64,000 nucleotides of DNA, from NCBI RefSeq assembly GCF_006345805.1, contig NC_043007.1:53382001-53446000 (forward strand), given 5' to 3'. This DNA comes from Octopus sinensis. Its lineage: Eukaryota. A model generated the notes under the pieces. The model had not been told where the DNA came from. It made no database searches and saw nothing but the letters and a program-made list of their open reading frames with translations. Position 1 is the stretch's first letter. Each line of letters starts with the position of its first letter. Below are positions 24,700-36,014 of the stretch, one piece after another. The translations under genes and the position numbers were made by a program.

Positions 24700-25165
24700 G
24701 AAAGCAAAGGGGTGTGGTGTGTTAAATAGATAGGGGAAGGTAGGGGAGGGGGAGATGAGGGGAATAGAAGGAGAGACAGAGTGAAGGAGAAAGAGAGGCA
24801 GGGGAAGAGGAGGGGAAGAGAAAGAGAAACAGAGGGAGGAAGAGGATAGCAAGAGAAAGAGAGACAGAGTGAAGGAGAGACAGGATGAGGGATGTGAGAG
24901 AGAGGGAGAGACGGAGTGAGAAGAATGGGTGAATGAGAAGTATATGAGAGAGAGGGTGAGGTGACGAGAGGAGAGGTAGATGTGAGATGGAAAGGAAAGA
25001 GAAATGAGAGAAGAGGAGGATATGAAAGGGAGGGAGAGAGATGAGAAAAAGAGTAAGATATGCAAGAGAGAGAGAAAGGGTAAGCGTAAAGAGAGATAAA
25101 GGAAAAGAGAAAGGAGCTGGAAGTGGGGGAATATATGTAAGGGAGGAGAGAGGAGGTAGAAGAGA
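24700..25165. repeat. Purine-rich (GA/GGA) low-complexity tract
   Basis: Plus strand almost all G/A over ~460 bp. Confidence 0.85.
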
Positions 25166-25199
25166 ATGAGGAAATGAAAGAAATATTTAATTCTAAACT

Positions 25200-25950
25200 A
25201 ATTACGATTATATTTCTAACTCAGTCGTTAGCTTAAATTACAGGAAAATAAACGATTGAAAAGGATTTTTAAATATTAGTTTTATAGAGATAAAATGAAA
25301 TTACGATAAAATGAAATTACGATAAAATTACGATTATATTTCTCGCTCAGTTGTACCTCAAATTTTAACTTACATTACTAGAAAAATACATATGAAAATA
25401 ATTTTTAAACATTAGTTTTATAGAGATGAAATGAAAGATAGATTGAAAGCGAAACAGAAATTGACAGAAAGTTATTCTCAGAGTGTAAATAAAGATGGCG
25501 TCGTAAATCGTAACTGAGATGTTAGCTTATATTAAAGGAAAATAAAAGAATAATAAACAAACAACTGGAAACGATACTTATCGTAAAAGGTACAGTCCAA
25601 ACCCTCGTGCTTGTACGAAGAAGTTTTCTTTCAAAACAGAAAAGACAACAATTCTTTTTCCTTCTTACATTTGGCTGGAGATAAACTAAAGACTTGCCAC
25701 CACGTGCTTTTCGGCGAAGAATCTAGCATGCGTAACTTACTTTAATGTATTATATTTGGTTTCAAGCGAAATATATTACGTTTTTAATTAATATATTTTT
25801 AATTAATGTGTTTGAGTAGATCGTTATGAGTTAACAAGTTCTATGTTTTGTTAGTTTTAGTAGATTCTTTCGTCGATCTATGCAAACCTTTTTGTTTTTT
25901 CACAGAGCAAAAGCAAACGCGTCTTTCCTCCACGAAAACCGGAAGTAATA
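25200..25950. promoter_or_regulatory. Candidate promoter / non-coding first exon, orientation unresolved
   Basis: Local CpG retention in AT-rich non-TE sequence; YY1-like AAGATGGCG 25492-25500, E-box CACGTG 25701, ETS-like ACCGGAAGT 25938-25946; donor-like sites on both strands. Confidence 0.3.
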
Positions 25951-25989
25951 TATATATAAGTAATATATATATATATAAATATATACACA

Positions 25990-26330
25990 AGAAACACAGG
26001 ACGGGACATTCGAAGCCCTCAATCATCAGTCACGAACCGGATCGTCTTCGCAATTTCGGCTGATTAATCTTGAGATTGCTCCGATCTGGGCAGCCCCCAA
26101 GGGAAATCTAAGCCAAGCGCATTAGATCCCTTGGAAGAAAGCCTCGAATGTATACAACACAAGGACGGAAAACGGACGATGTACACGAATAAAAATACAA
26201 AAATACGTAAAAACAATAAAGAAAGCACGAATAAGAATACAAATACGTAAAAACAATAATGGTAAGGATAAAAACAAAACCAGGACGTCAGGACAAGGGT
26301 CTTTCGACAGGACGAGTATATATATATATA
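25990..26330 (-). mobile_element. Probable PLE terminal fragment, inverted relative to the adjacent PLE ORF
   Basis: Non-coding, (TA)n-bounded, adjacent to a PLE ORF; family assignment from context only. Confidence 0.3.
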
Positions 26331-26398
26331 TAAATTTATATATATATATATATATATTATATATAATATATATATATATATATATAAATTTATATATA

Positions 26399-26449
<51 letters not shown>

Positions 26450-26460
26450 ATATATATATA

Positions 26461-27234
26461 CGAATATGTAGCATAGTAACTGATTCACAAATACGACTAA
26501 TAAGACTAGATGAACTCAAAAACTTCCTCCTAGACCAAAAATACCCCCTTAAACTAATAGAAAATGGAATCACAAGAGCATTAAAACTAGACATCGCACA
26601 ACTCAGGACACCCAAAACAAAAAACAAAGAAAACATTATCCTTTTATAAACACGCACAACCCTGGAGTTCCAAACCATACATTCAAACCTACCAATAGCC
26701 TTACAAAGCCCCAAAATGAAAAACACATTAAACAAATATAGCATAAAAAACAGTAGACGACAGGACAAAAACCTAAAGAAACATCTAACAAGAGCGAAAT
26801 TCTCTTCAGAAACTAAAACGGAATTCTTTGCAAAAGAGTGCGGAGATGGTAGATGTGGGATCTGCAGCAACCCCACCTACAAATACATAGAGGGAAACAG
26901 AGAGATGAGATTTAAAAGTGGTGACATATTCAAAGTAAATGCAGATATGAACTGCAAGACGCAGAACGTTATATACTGCATAACCTGCCCCACGTGCAAG
27001 GAGAATTACATAGGTGAAACTGGTAATTCTTTGTGCCAGCGAGCCAGGATTCACCGACAACATATTCGGCAGGAAGAACTACGCAAAATACCACTAAGTA
27101 CACACCTAGATACGTGTGGAGAAGGAAAATTTAAGACCTTTCCCTTCTACAAATGTCCGAAGAACGACACCTCTTTCAGGAGGAATATGGAAAAATATTT
27201 CATAGCTAAGTTCTCCCCCAAATTAAATGGCTGA
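26461..27234 (+). mobile_element. Penelope-like element, RT thumb plus GIY-YIG endonuclease (5'-truncated)
   Basis: LDELKNFLLDQKYP..LIE; CGIC; NCKTQNVIYCITCPTCKENYIGETGNSLCQRARIH; H.....C; EKYFIAKFSPKLN. Confidence 0.9.
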
Positions 27235-27249
27235 AACTTTAGTCATCAT

Positions 27250-27770
27250 ACATTGAAGGACAAATCTTTCGATTTACAATATAATATAGTAGAACATTTA
27301 ATATATGTGTGTATATATATATTACCTGTTATATACATAATATATTTTTGTAATTTACTTGATCTTTACTTGCCAATTGTCATTCTAATTTTAACCTTCC
27401 TATGATATGCAATTTTCAAGATGGTGTAATTTGATTGTTCCTTTTGAATCGATAGAAGGTGTTTTTTTCTAATATTTCATGTATAAGCATGTATATATAT
27501 ATATAGTGACATTGAAGGACACATCTTTCGATTTACAATCTAATATAGTAGAACATTCAGTATATGTCTGTATATGTATATATATATGTGTGTGTGTATA
27601 TATATATATTGCCTGTTATATACATTATATTATTTTTATAATTTACTTCATCTTTACTTTTTAATTGTCACTTTAATTTTAACTTTCCTATGATATACAA
27701 TTTTCAAGATGATGTAATTTAGTTGTTCATTTTGAACCGATAAAAGGTTTTTCCAAATATTTCATGTATA
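27250..27770 (+). repeat. ~257-bp tandem duplication of the PLE 3' region
   Basis: ACATTGAAGGACA(A/C)ATCTTTCGATTTACAAT at ~27250 and ~27509. Confidence 0.8.
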
Positions 27771-28433
27771 AACGTGTATATATATATATAGTGGTAAAAA
27801 TATCAACACAATTTTTTCCCCTTCCTCCCTTATTTTTCTTTTTCTTTTTCTTTTTTTGTCTCTCTCCCCTTCTCCAAACACACAGACGCACGCACACGCA
27901 CACACACATGCGCACACACACACACACACACACAAACACACACGGACACACACAGACACACACACACACCTCCACAAAACGATCATAAAAAGTGGAAATA
28001 ATTCTTAATCCCAAAAATGCATTTGACCATTCTCACAATGATAAAAGGAAATATAATTTATGGCCTACCTCCCCGCCACCACTCACTCAGTGACACTGTG
28101 AAGTGGTCAAAGCTGAAATTCTTAGAACCCCCTTGGAGTCAATATTCTGTCCAGCAGACCAATAAATTCTTTCCTTCTTCTTCCCTCTCCCTTCCCCTCT
28201 TTCTCTTTAGCACTTACCTCAGATACAAACAAACACACACACACACACATACACATACACACATGTTCTCTCTCTCACTTTCTCCTCATCCACCTCACCC
28301 TCTTGTACTGTCTTATATTCCTCCCCACCACTACGAAACTCTATAAAATGATTAAAATTCCCCACAAAGGAACTTATTTTGATTTGAAAACCCCACTAGA
28401 ATGGGAGAAAGTGCTAACGATCTAAGTGATATG

Positions 28434-28466
<33 letters not shown>

Positions 28467-28529
28467 AATATATAAATAAATATCTGTAAATATAAACCAT
28501 CCGATCTTCTGATTACCTCATTTCTTCTA

Positions 28530-28595
<66 letters not shown>

Positions 28596-28749
28596 CAATA
28601 AATGGTGGGGTTGTGTTGACCGCACGTGGAGAAATGATAGGCAAGGAAAACTTATAAAAAGGCAGAATGCTAAATTGAAGGTAAATTTTAATGAAAATGG
28701 GTGCATGGAAAATTTTTAAAATTAAAAAAAAAGTATACATATATATATT

Positions 28750-28791
28750 AATTCAAACCGGTTTTCCTCGCAATGCGACTTTTCAAGAATC
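28750..28791 (-). ncRNA. Minimal type-I hammerhead, U3-A8 variant (copy A)
   Basis: Minus: GATTC-TTGAAAA-G TCGC att GCGA G-GAAA-ACCGGT-TT-GAATT; stem I 5 bp (one GU), palindromic AACCGGTT stem III, UUU site. Confidence 0.6.
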
Positions 28792-29064
28792 GTAAGGTGA
28801 AAAGAAAATTTTTTTATAATTGAGGAGGGGGAAAAAAGAATTACATTGTTTTTTGCAAAAAAATAATAAACATATACAAAAATCAAAAAATAGGTACACC
28901 GATACATTGTAAAGTCTTTGTGTATCTGGAGTTCAATGATAGTTTTTGGAAAAATTACCTTGGAGGGTTGAGATTCATGTGATTAAATCCATGTAGTGTT
29001 TAATTTAGGATGTTTGTTATATATATATGTTTGTTATATATATATATAAATATATATATATATA

Positions 29065-29111
<47 letters not shown>

Positions 29112-29265
29112 CAATAAATGGTGGGGTTGTGTTGACCGCACGTGGAGAAATGATAGGCAAGGAAAACTTATAAAAAGGCAGAATGCTAAATTGAAGGTAA
29201 ATTTTAATGAAAATGGGTGCATGGAAAATTTTTAAAATTAAAAAAAAAGTATACATATATATATT

Positions 29266-29307
29266 AATTCAAACCGGTTTTCCTCGCAATGCGACTTTTC
29301 AAGAATC
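29266..29307 (-). ncRNA. Minimal type-I hammerhead, U3-A8 variant (copy B)
   Basis: Identical motif 516 bp from copy A. Confidence 0.6.
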
Positions 29308-29590
29308 GTAAGGTGAAAAGAAAATTTTTTTATAATTGAGGAGGGGGAAAAAAGAAAATTACATTGTTTTTTGCAAAAAAATAATAAACATATACAAAAA
29401 TCAAAAAATAGGTACACCGATACATTGTAAAGTCTTTGTGTATCTGGAGTTCAATGATAGTTTTTGGAAAAATTACCTTGGAGGGTTGAGATTCATGTGA
29501 TTAAATCCATGTAGTGTTTAATTTAGGATGTTTGTTATATATATATGTTTGTTATATATATATATAAATATCTATCTATCTATCTATCTA

Positions 29591-29650
<60 letters not shown>

Positions 29651-29653
<3 letters not shown>

Positions 29654-30931
29654 GAGGGGCGTTCAATAAGTAATGCCCCTGACCCACTTCCCATAGCAGT
29701 AGAGCAACGAAACTTGGCACAGTTATTAGTCTTTTTTCTACATAGGAACCACCCAGAGTTACGCATTTCTCCCATTGTTTGATGCAGCTCTGCAGACCGT
29801 TTTTATAGAAGACCCCAGCTTGGTCCTCCAACCTGAACGCGACTTCAGAAATCAAGGCTGCATCATCTGGGAAACGCTTTCCTTTCAAAAACAACTTCAT
29901 GACTGGGAAGAGGTGAAAATCAGAGGGTGCAAGGTCAGACTGGGAAGAGGTGAAAATCAGAGGGTGCAAGGTCAGAGGAGTTCATAGCCATACGCCTGTG
30001 CTTCTCATCTGGCGACAAGCGAGTTGTGGACCGGAGCGTTGTCCTGCAGGGGGAGGATGCCTTTGCTGATCTTGCCCCGCCTCTTGATTTTGATAACTTC
30101 TCTTAATTTCCTCAAAAGTGAAGCATAATAGGCTCCTGCAATTGTGGTACCCTTTGCCAGGAAATCTGTCATCACTACTCCGTCCTGGTCCCAGAAGACT
30201 GTGAGCATGACCTTGCCAGCGGAGGGCTGCACCCTTGCCTTCTTTGGAGGGGGTGAGTCACGGTGCTTCCACTGCATTGACTGGGCTTTGGTCTCTGGAT
30301 CATCGTGATGGACCCAGGTTTCATCCTGTGTAATCAGTCTTTTGAAAAATTTTGATTCATCTTCTTGGCACATCTCCAAATTCACCCTCGAGCACTCGAC
30401 GCGTTCTTGCTTCTGGAAAGGTGTGAGCAACCTGGGAATCCATCTGGCAGATACCTTTTGCATATGCAAATGGTCATGAATGATAGTTTCCACAGACCCG
30501 GTACTAATCTTGACCTCATGGGCTATTTGGCGAATAGTTATGCGTCGATCTTCCAAAATGGCAGCCTCAACTTGACGGACAGATGCCTCATCAATGGCAG
30601 AAGGGGGCGACCAGATCTGGGAGCTGTTTCCACAGAGTTCCGACCATGTTTGAATTCACGATGCCAGCGTTTTGCAAGGTCATATGATGGGGCATCATCA
30701 CCATAAGTTACTTTCATTTCATCAAAAGTTTCCCGGATCACTGCTCGACACTCAACAGGCTCCATTTAACACTTGACTCGGTTCAAACACCTGTAAACCT
30801 GAAACCACAATTAATTCAGTGCTGTAATTTTCCACTTACTCTATAGAGATATAAATGATTGCACATGCAAAATTTCAGCTAGATCAAACAACTGCAAGTG
30901 GGTCAGAGGCATTACTTATTGAACGTCCCTC

Positions 30932-30934
<3 letters not shown>
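29651..30934 (-). mobile_element. Mariner (D,D34D) DNA transposon, full-length, inactivated
   Basis: 39-bp TIRs (C/T)ACGAGGG(G/A)CGTTCAATAAGTAATGCC(C/T)CTGACCCACTT in TA context; HTH, ITQDETWVH, LQDNAPVH, DLAPSDFHLF; frameshifts and a 37-bp internal duplication. Confidence 0.92.
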
Positions 30935-31010
<76 letters not shown>

Positions 31011-31017
31011 TAAGTAT

Positions 31018-31087
31018 ATGCAGCTGATGAGGACAATCAAATCTACGTTGTCAAACGTATTTGAAGAGTCTGAAACCGGTACTGCAT
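31018..31087 (+). ncRNA. Type-I hammerhead ribozyme with canonical core (copy 1)
   Basis: ATGCAG-CTGATGA-GGAC(long hairpin)GTCT-GAAA-CCGG-TA-CTGCAT; perfect 6-bp stem I, palindromic stem III, GUA site at 31079-31081. Confidence 0.8.
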
Positions 31088-31446
31088 TACCCGATTCTAG
31101 GTTTTTCCATTTTGCAGATGTTCTTCCTAGAGGTAAGAAAATTTTTTTTCATGTTTGTTGTACACACGCGTCTTTGCTAGTATATACGCAGTGAAGCTAT
31201 ACAATAGCGTCGTATTTATTACGATTGCTATTTTCCAGTAAATATCGGTGCCTCGTTGTACCATTTATTTACTTTTATATGTATAATTTTACCCTTATGG
31301 GCTATCTTTTACTGGAAAGCAATACTTTCGTATTGCATTATTATTTTCATTGAAACTTCTTCACTTTTATCGTTCTGTTAACGTTTTGGCGTTCAGTCGA
31401 GTGTACTGGGATAGATGTGGCAACATATGAAATTTTGTCTAGGTAT

Positions 31447-31517
31447 ATGCAGCTGATGAGGACAAATCAAATATACGTTGTCAAACGTATTTGAAGAGTC
31501 TGAAACCGGTACAGCAT
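31447..31517 (+). ncRNA. Type-I hammerhead ribozyme with canonical core (copy 2)
   Basis: Same motif; one stem I mismatch (CAGCAT); GUA site at 31509-31511. Confidence 0.72.
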
Positions 31518-31737
31518 TAGGTTTTCCATTTTGCAGATGTTCTTCCTAGAGGTAAGACGAAAATTTTTTCATGTTTGTTGCACACACGCGTCTTTGCTAG
31601 TATATACGCAGTGAAGATATACAATAGCGTCGTATTTATTACGATTGCTATTTTCCAGTAAATATCGTTGTACCATTTATTTACTTTCATATATATATAA
31701 TATATATATATTTATATATATATATATATATATATAT

Positions 31738-32117
31738 TCTTTCACTTGTTTCAGTCATTTGACTGCGGCCATGCTGGAGCACCACCTTTAGTCGAGCAAA
31801 TCGACCCCGGGACTTATTCTTTGTAAGCCCAGTACTTATTCTATCGGTCTCTTTTTGCCGAACCGCTATGTGACGGGGACGTAAACACATCAGCATCGGT
31901 TGTCAAGCAATGCTAGGGGGACAAACACAGACACACACGCATACATATATACGACAGGCTTCTTTCAGTTTCCGTCTACCAAATCCACTCACAAGGCATT
32001 GGTCGGCCCGGGGCTATAGCACAAGACACTTGCCCAAGACGCCACGCAGTGGGACTGAACCCGGAACCATGTGGTTGCTTAGCAAGCTACTTACCACACA
32101 GCCACTCCTGCGCCTAT
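31738..32117 (-). mobile_element. tRNA-derived SINE (cephalopod-type)
   Basis: Minus head GGCGCAGGAGTGGCTGTGTGG (A box) ...GGTTCAGTCCC (B box), then GGGCAAG core; second copy at 39976. Confidence 0.8.
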
Positions 32118-33039
32118 ACATTATATATATATATAAAAATTTATCTTACTATTTTTATTCGTTGTTACTACGTTTATTCATACATTGTTACGAAAACTTA
32201 ACCTTTTAGGCTACTTTCAAGCCTTCGCCATAACTTGATTTATCTTTCCTATCTCTCTCTCTACAAAATTTAACCTTAGGCTACCTCAAGCCGTAATCCA
32301 TCTCTTCCCATCTTTCCGCCATTGGCGGTGCGCCCGCCCCCCCACCCCCACCAATACCGGTGAACTCTGTTCTCACCACCACCACCACCAATACCGGTGA
32401 ACACTGTTCTCACCCCCCACCACCAATACCAGTATACCCTGTTCTCACCATCTACACCGGATACGCCTTACTCATCTACACCGGGTACGCCCTACTCCCT
32501 CCCCCTCCCCCCACTACCCCTTCTCCTCATATGCTTTCACTGTGAAAAGAGAAGCTGCTAGCGCCATAGCTCATCAACTGCCCACCGATCTTACGCTTCC
32601 TCCTGACACTGCCTCATTCCGACCATCCCCTTTAGTACCCTCCCGCCTCGTAATATCCTACGTTTTTATTTCTTAGGAACCTTCACCAACCCCTTCCTGC
32701 CATCGTTCCTCCATACCCCAACCTTCCCCACTGGTTGCTCCCCTATATTACCCGCCTCAACTGGACCCCCCCTCCCCAACTCAACTCTAGAATATCTGTA
32801 TTTCTTTCCTCTACCTAATTACGTTACTCAGTGACGATAAATGCTGTGACTACAAAGACCCGGGCTGCTTTCTGCAGCAATTCCACATACCCCCTACCCA
32901 TTCTAAGTACCCCGGATCCCCAAAGTACCCCGATCCCCAAAGTACCCCGATCCCCAAAGTACCCCGGACCTCGTTGCCCCCGTGCCGCTGACACGTTAAA
33001 ATGCTCGAACCGATCGTGACGATACCGGACCCTCCGGCC

Positions 33040-33236
33040 CCTGTGCAGGTGGCACGTAAAAAGCACCCAATCCACTCACGGAGTGGTTGGCGTTAGGAAG
33101 GGCATCCAGCCGTAGAAACTCTGCCAGATTCAGACTGGAGCCTGGTGCGGCCCCTGGCTTCCCAGACCCGGTCAAACCGTCCAACCCGTGCCAGCGCGGA
33201 AAGCGGACGTTAAACGATGATGATGATGATGATGAT
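33040..33236 (+). mobile_element. RTE LINE 3' UTR fragment with (GAT)n tail
   Basis: Matches the tail of the RTE at 53448-54175; ends (GAT)6. Confidence 0.75.
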
Positions 33237-33250
33237 ATATATATATAATA

Positions 33251-33281
<31 letters not shown>

Positions 33282-33451
33282 ATATATTATAATATATATA
33301 TATATATATATATTATAGATATATATATATATATATTATAGATATATATATATATATAGATATATTATATATATATATATATTATATATATATGTATATA
33401 TATATATATATATATTATATATATTATATATATATATATATATATTATATA

Positions 33452-33485
<34 letters not shown>

Positions 33486-33697
33486 ATATATTATATAATA
33501 TATAATATTATATTATATATATATATATATAATATATTATATATATATATATATATATTATTATATTATATATATATATATATATATTATATATAATATA
33601 TATATATATATTATTATATATATATATATATCTATATAGATATAATATAATATATATTATATTATATATATTATATAATATTATATATATATATATA

Positions 33698-33737
<40 letters not shown>

Positions 33738-33867
33738 TATATATATATATTATATATTATATATATATATATATATATTAATATATTATTATATATAATT
33801 ATATATATATTATATATATATAATATATTATATATATATATATAATATATATATTATATATATATAA

Positions 33868-33898
<31 letters not shown>

Positions 33899-33917
33899 AT
33901 ATAATATATATATTATA

Positions 33918-33954
<37 letters not shown>

Positions 33955-33955
33955 T
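33237..33955. repeat. Very long degenerate (TA)n tract
   Basis: ~720 bp almost exclusively A/T. Confidence 0.95.
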
Positions 33956-34029
33956 ATTTTCGTTTTTCTTGTTTCAGCTCAGTGCTATGGCCATGCTGAT
34001 GCACCGCCGTTTTGTGCTACACTGTTATT

Positions 34030-35055
34030 ACTAAGAGCCTCCTCAAATATGTGGCACTTGGTGAAGAATGGAGTTGATATAGCTACCCTTATTTGCACTT
34101 CTTACCGTGAGGTAGGTTCATCTGGGACTCTCAACAGGAAGATGTCCAGCTTTGATTTAAAAACCGCTACATCTACTTTGTGCGAGTTCCTCAGACTCTT
34201 TGGGAGAATATTAAAAAGCTGTGGGTCCTTGAAACCCAGGCTGTTGCAGAAGCTGGTCCTGAAGCGTGATGGCTTTGCTGGGATCTTTGGCACTATGCAG
34301 TGTCGTCCCATTCTAGCATTGGTATAGCTTACAATGCCAAAATTTGGCACAATTCCTTCCAGATATATATTACTGCATACCTCTCCCGTCTTCTCTCCAG
34401 GGATTAGAGTAGAGTAGAGTCTTTCCCAGTAGCTGAGCTGTTGCAAAGAGACGATCTTCTTTGTGAATCTTCTCTGGATTGCTTCAAGGTCCGCTGTTAA
34501 TTTCACACTGGTGGGTGACCATAGCTGTGAGCAGTAATCATGGTTTCCTTATCTCTGGTTCTGAATATTCTTAGGATCCATCAAGCCAGTCGTCTCCACT
34601 TTTTCGCCATCCTGGTAATGTGCACTTGGAAAGAGGTAATCATCACTCATGTCGATACCCAGGTCCCTCACAGACTTAGGCTCTGGGATTGAAATTCCCT
34701 ATGGACCGGTATACCCTGTAAGTTTAATTTTCAGTTTGGGATGCTGGTAGCGCAGGGCCTGGAATTTTTCAGCATTAAACTGCATATTATTATCCTCAGC
34801 CCATCTGTAGATTGAGTCCAACTTCTGCTGCAGGTGTGCAACATCGCTGGGGTTCTGTATTTTCTGCGAGACTTGTAAGAAAGCTCTGGACGAGAATCTT
34901 GAGGGGTTTTGCCAGGGCATGCTTACACACTTTGAGGAGGATTGCTGGGAAACCATCAGGACCAGCAGTTGAGTTTGTGTCCACTTCATCTATGGCTAGT
35001 AGGACATCTTCTTCACTAATGTCAATATATTCTATCGTAACTGCCTCGCTGGTTA
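34030..35055 (-). mobile_element. CR1-group LINE ORF2 3' fragment with RT core deleted
   Basis: AGPDGFPAILLK..., LQQKLDSIYRWAEDNNMQFNAEKF, LEAIQRRFTKKI..L..LSYWERL, FNILPKSLR, FKSKLD. Confidence 0.8.
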
Positions 35056-35249
35056 TAGGTATAAATATATATATATAAATATGTATAAATATATATATAT
35101 ATAAATAAATATGTATATATATAAATATATAATATATATATATAATATATATATAATATATATATATATAATAATATATATATATATATATATATAAATA
35201 ATATATAATATATATATATATATATATAATATATATATATATAATATAT

Positions 35250-35301
<52 letters not shown>

Positions 35302-35337
35302 CATATATATATATATGCCCCTTGATGAATCTACGTA

Positions 35338-35415
35338 TACTTACAACATTTAATAAAATGATGTAGTACGAAACAATCGTACCAATTACCGGACTCATTC
35401 TTGTTGCTTATTTTG

Positions 35416-35449
<34 letters not shown>

Positions 35450-35528
35450 CAAAATAAGCAACAAGAATGACTCCGGTAATTTGGTACGATCGTTTCGTAC
35501 TACATCATTTTATTAAATGTTGTAAGTA
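35338..35528. repeat. Foldback: ~83-bp inverted arms around (TA)n
   Basis: 35338-35420 vs 35446-35528, three differences. Confidence 0.9.
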
Positions 35529-35531
35529 TTA

Positions 35532-35683
35532 CATCATCATCATCATCATCATCATTTAGCGTCCGTTTTCCATGCTAGCATGGGTTGGACGGTTTAACTG
35601 GGGTCTGTGAAGCCGGAAGGCTTCATCAGGCCCAGTCAGATTTGGCAGTGTTTCTACGGCTGGATGCCCTTCCTAACGCCAAT
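35532..35683 (-). mobile_element. RTE 3' UTR fragment with (GAT)n tail
   Basis: Reverse complement of the 33040 tail. Confidence 0.75.
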
Positions 35684-35918
35684 CAGTTTTAAAATGCTGA
35701 GTACTCATCAGCCAATTATAGAGGTTTTCCATTAATACAAAAATTTTCATATGAAGTGGCAACATTATAGAGAAGGTAGACAAAGATGTGGATTTAAATT
35801 TTAAGAACATATATATATGTTCTTAAAATTAAATTACATTAAATTACATTTTGAGTAACCGTTAACTTAATGTAATTTAATTTACTTAATGTAATTAAGT
35901 TAAAATAAAATTCAATAT

Positions 35919-35981
<63 letters not shown>

Positions 35982-36014
35982 GTGTGGGTGTATGTGTGTG
36001 TACATATATATATA

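Larger units (their letters stand above)
28592..29560 (-). repeat. Two near-identical ~516-bp tandem units, each with a hammerhead motif
   Basis: AAATCAATAAATGGTGGGG at 28592 and 29108; units separated by (TA)n. Confidence 0.9.
31008..31690 (+). repeat. ~430-bp unit in ~1.6 abutting tandem copies, each with a hammerhead
   Basis: TGTCTA(A/G)GTATATGCAGCTGATGAGG at 31007 and 31436. Confidence 0.9.

Noticed and set aside
25568-25585. GAAA-CGATA-ct-TATCG-TA resembling hammerhead stem III and a GUA site
   Set aside because: No CUGANGA with a pairing stem II or stem I upstream; likely a chance palindrome
26010-26070. CTGATGA and GAAA on the minus strand in permuted order
   Set aside because: Stems I and II cannot be formed convincingly
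27410-27760. Very degenerate hammerhead-like strings in the PLE 3' tandem (AAGATGA...GAACCGATA)
   Set aside because: Too many core mismatches to call
32040-32117. tRNA-like A/B boxes (also 40280-40360)
   Set aside because: SINE heads without a full cloverleaf; not tRNA genes
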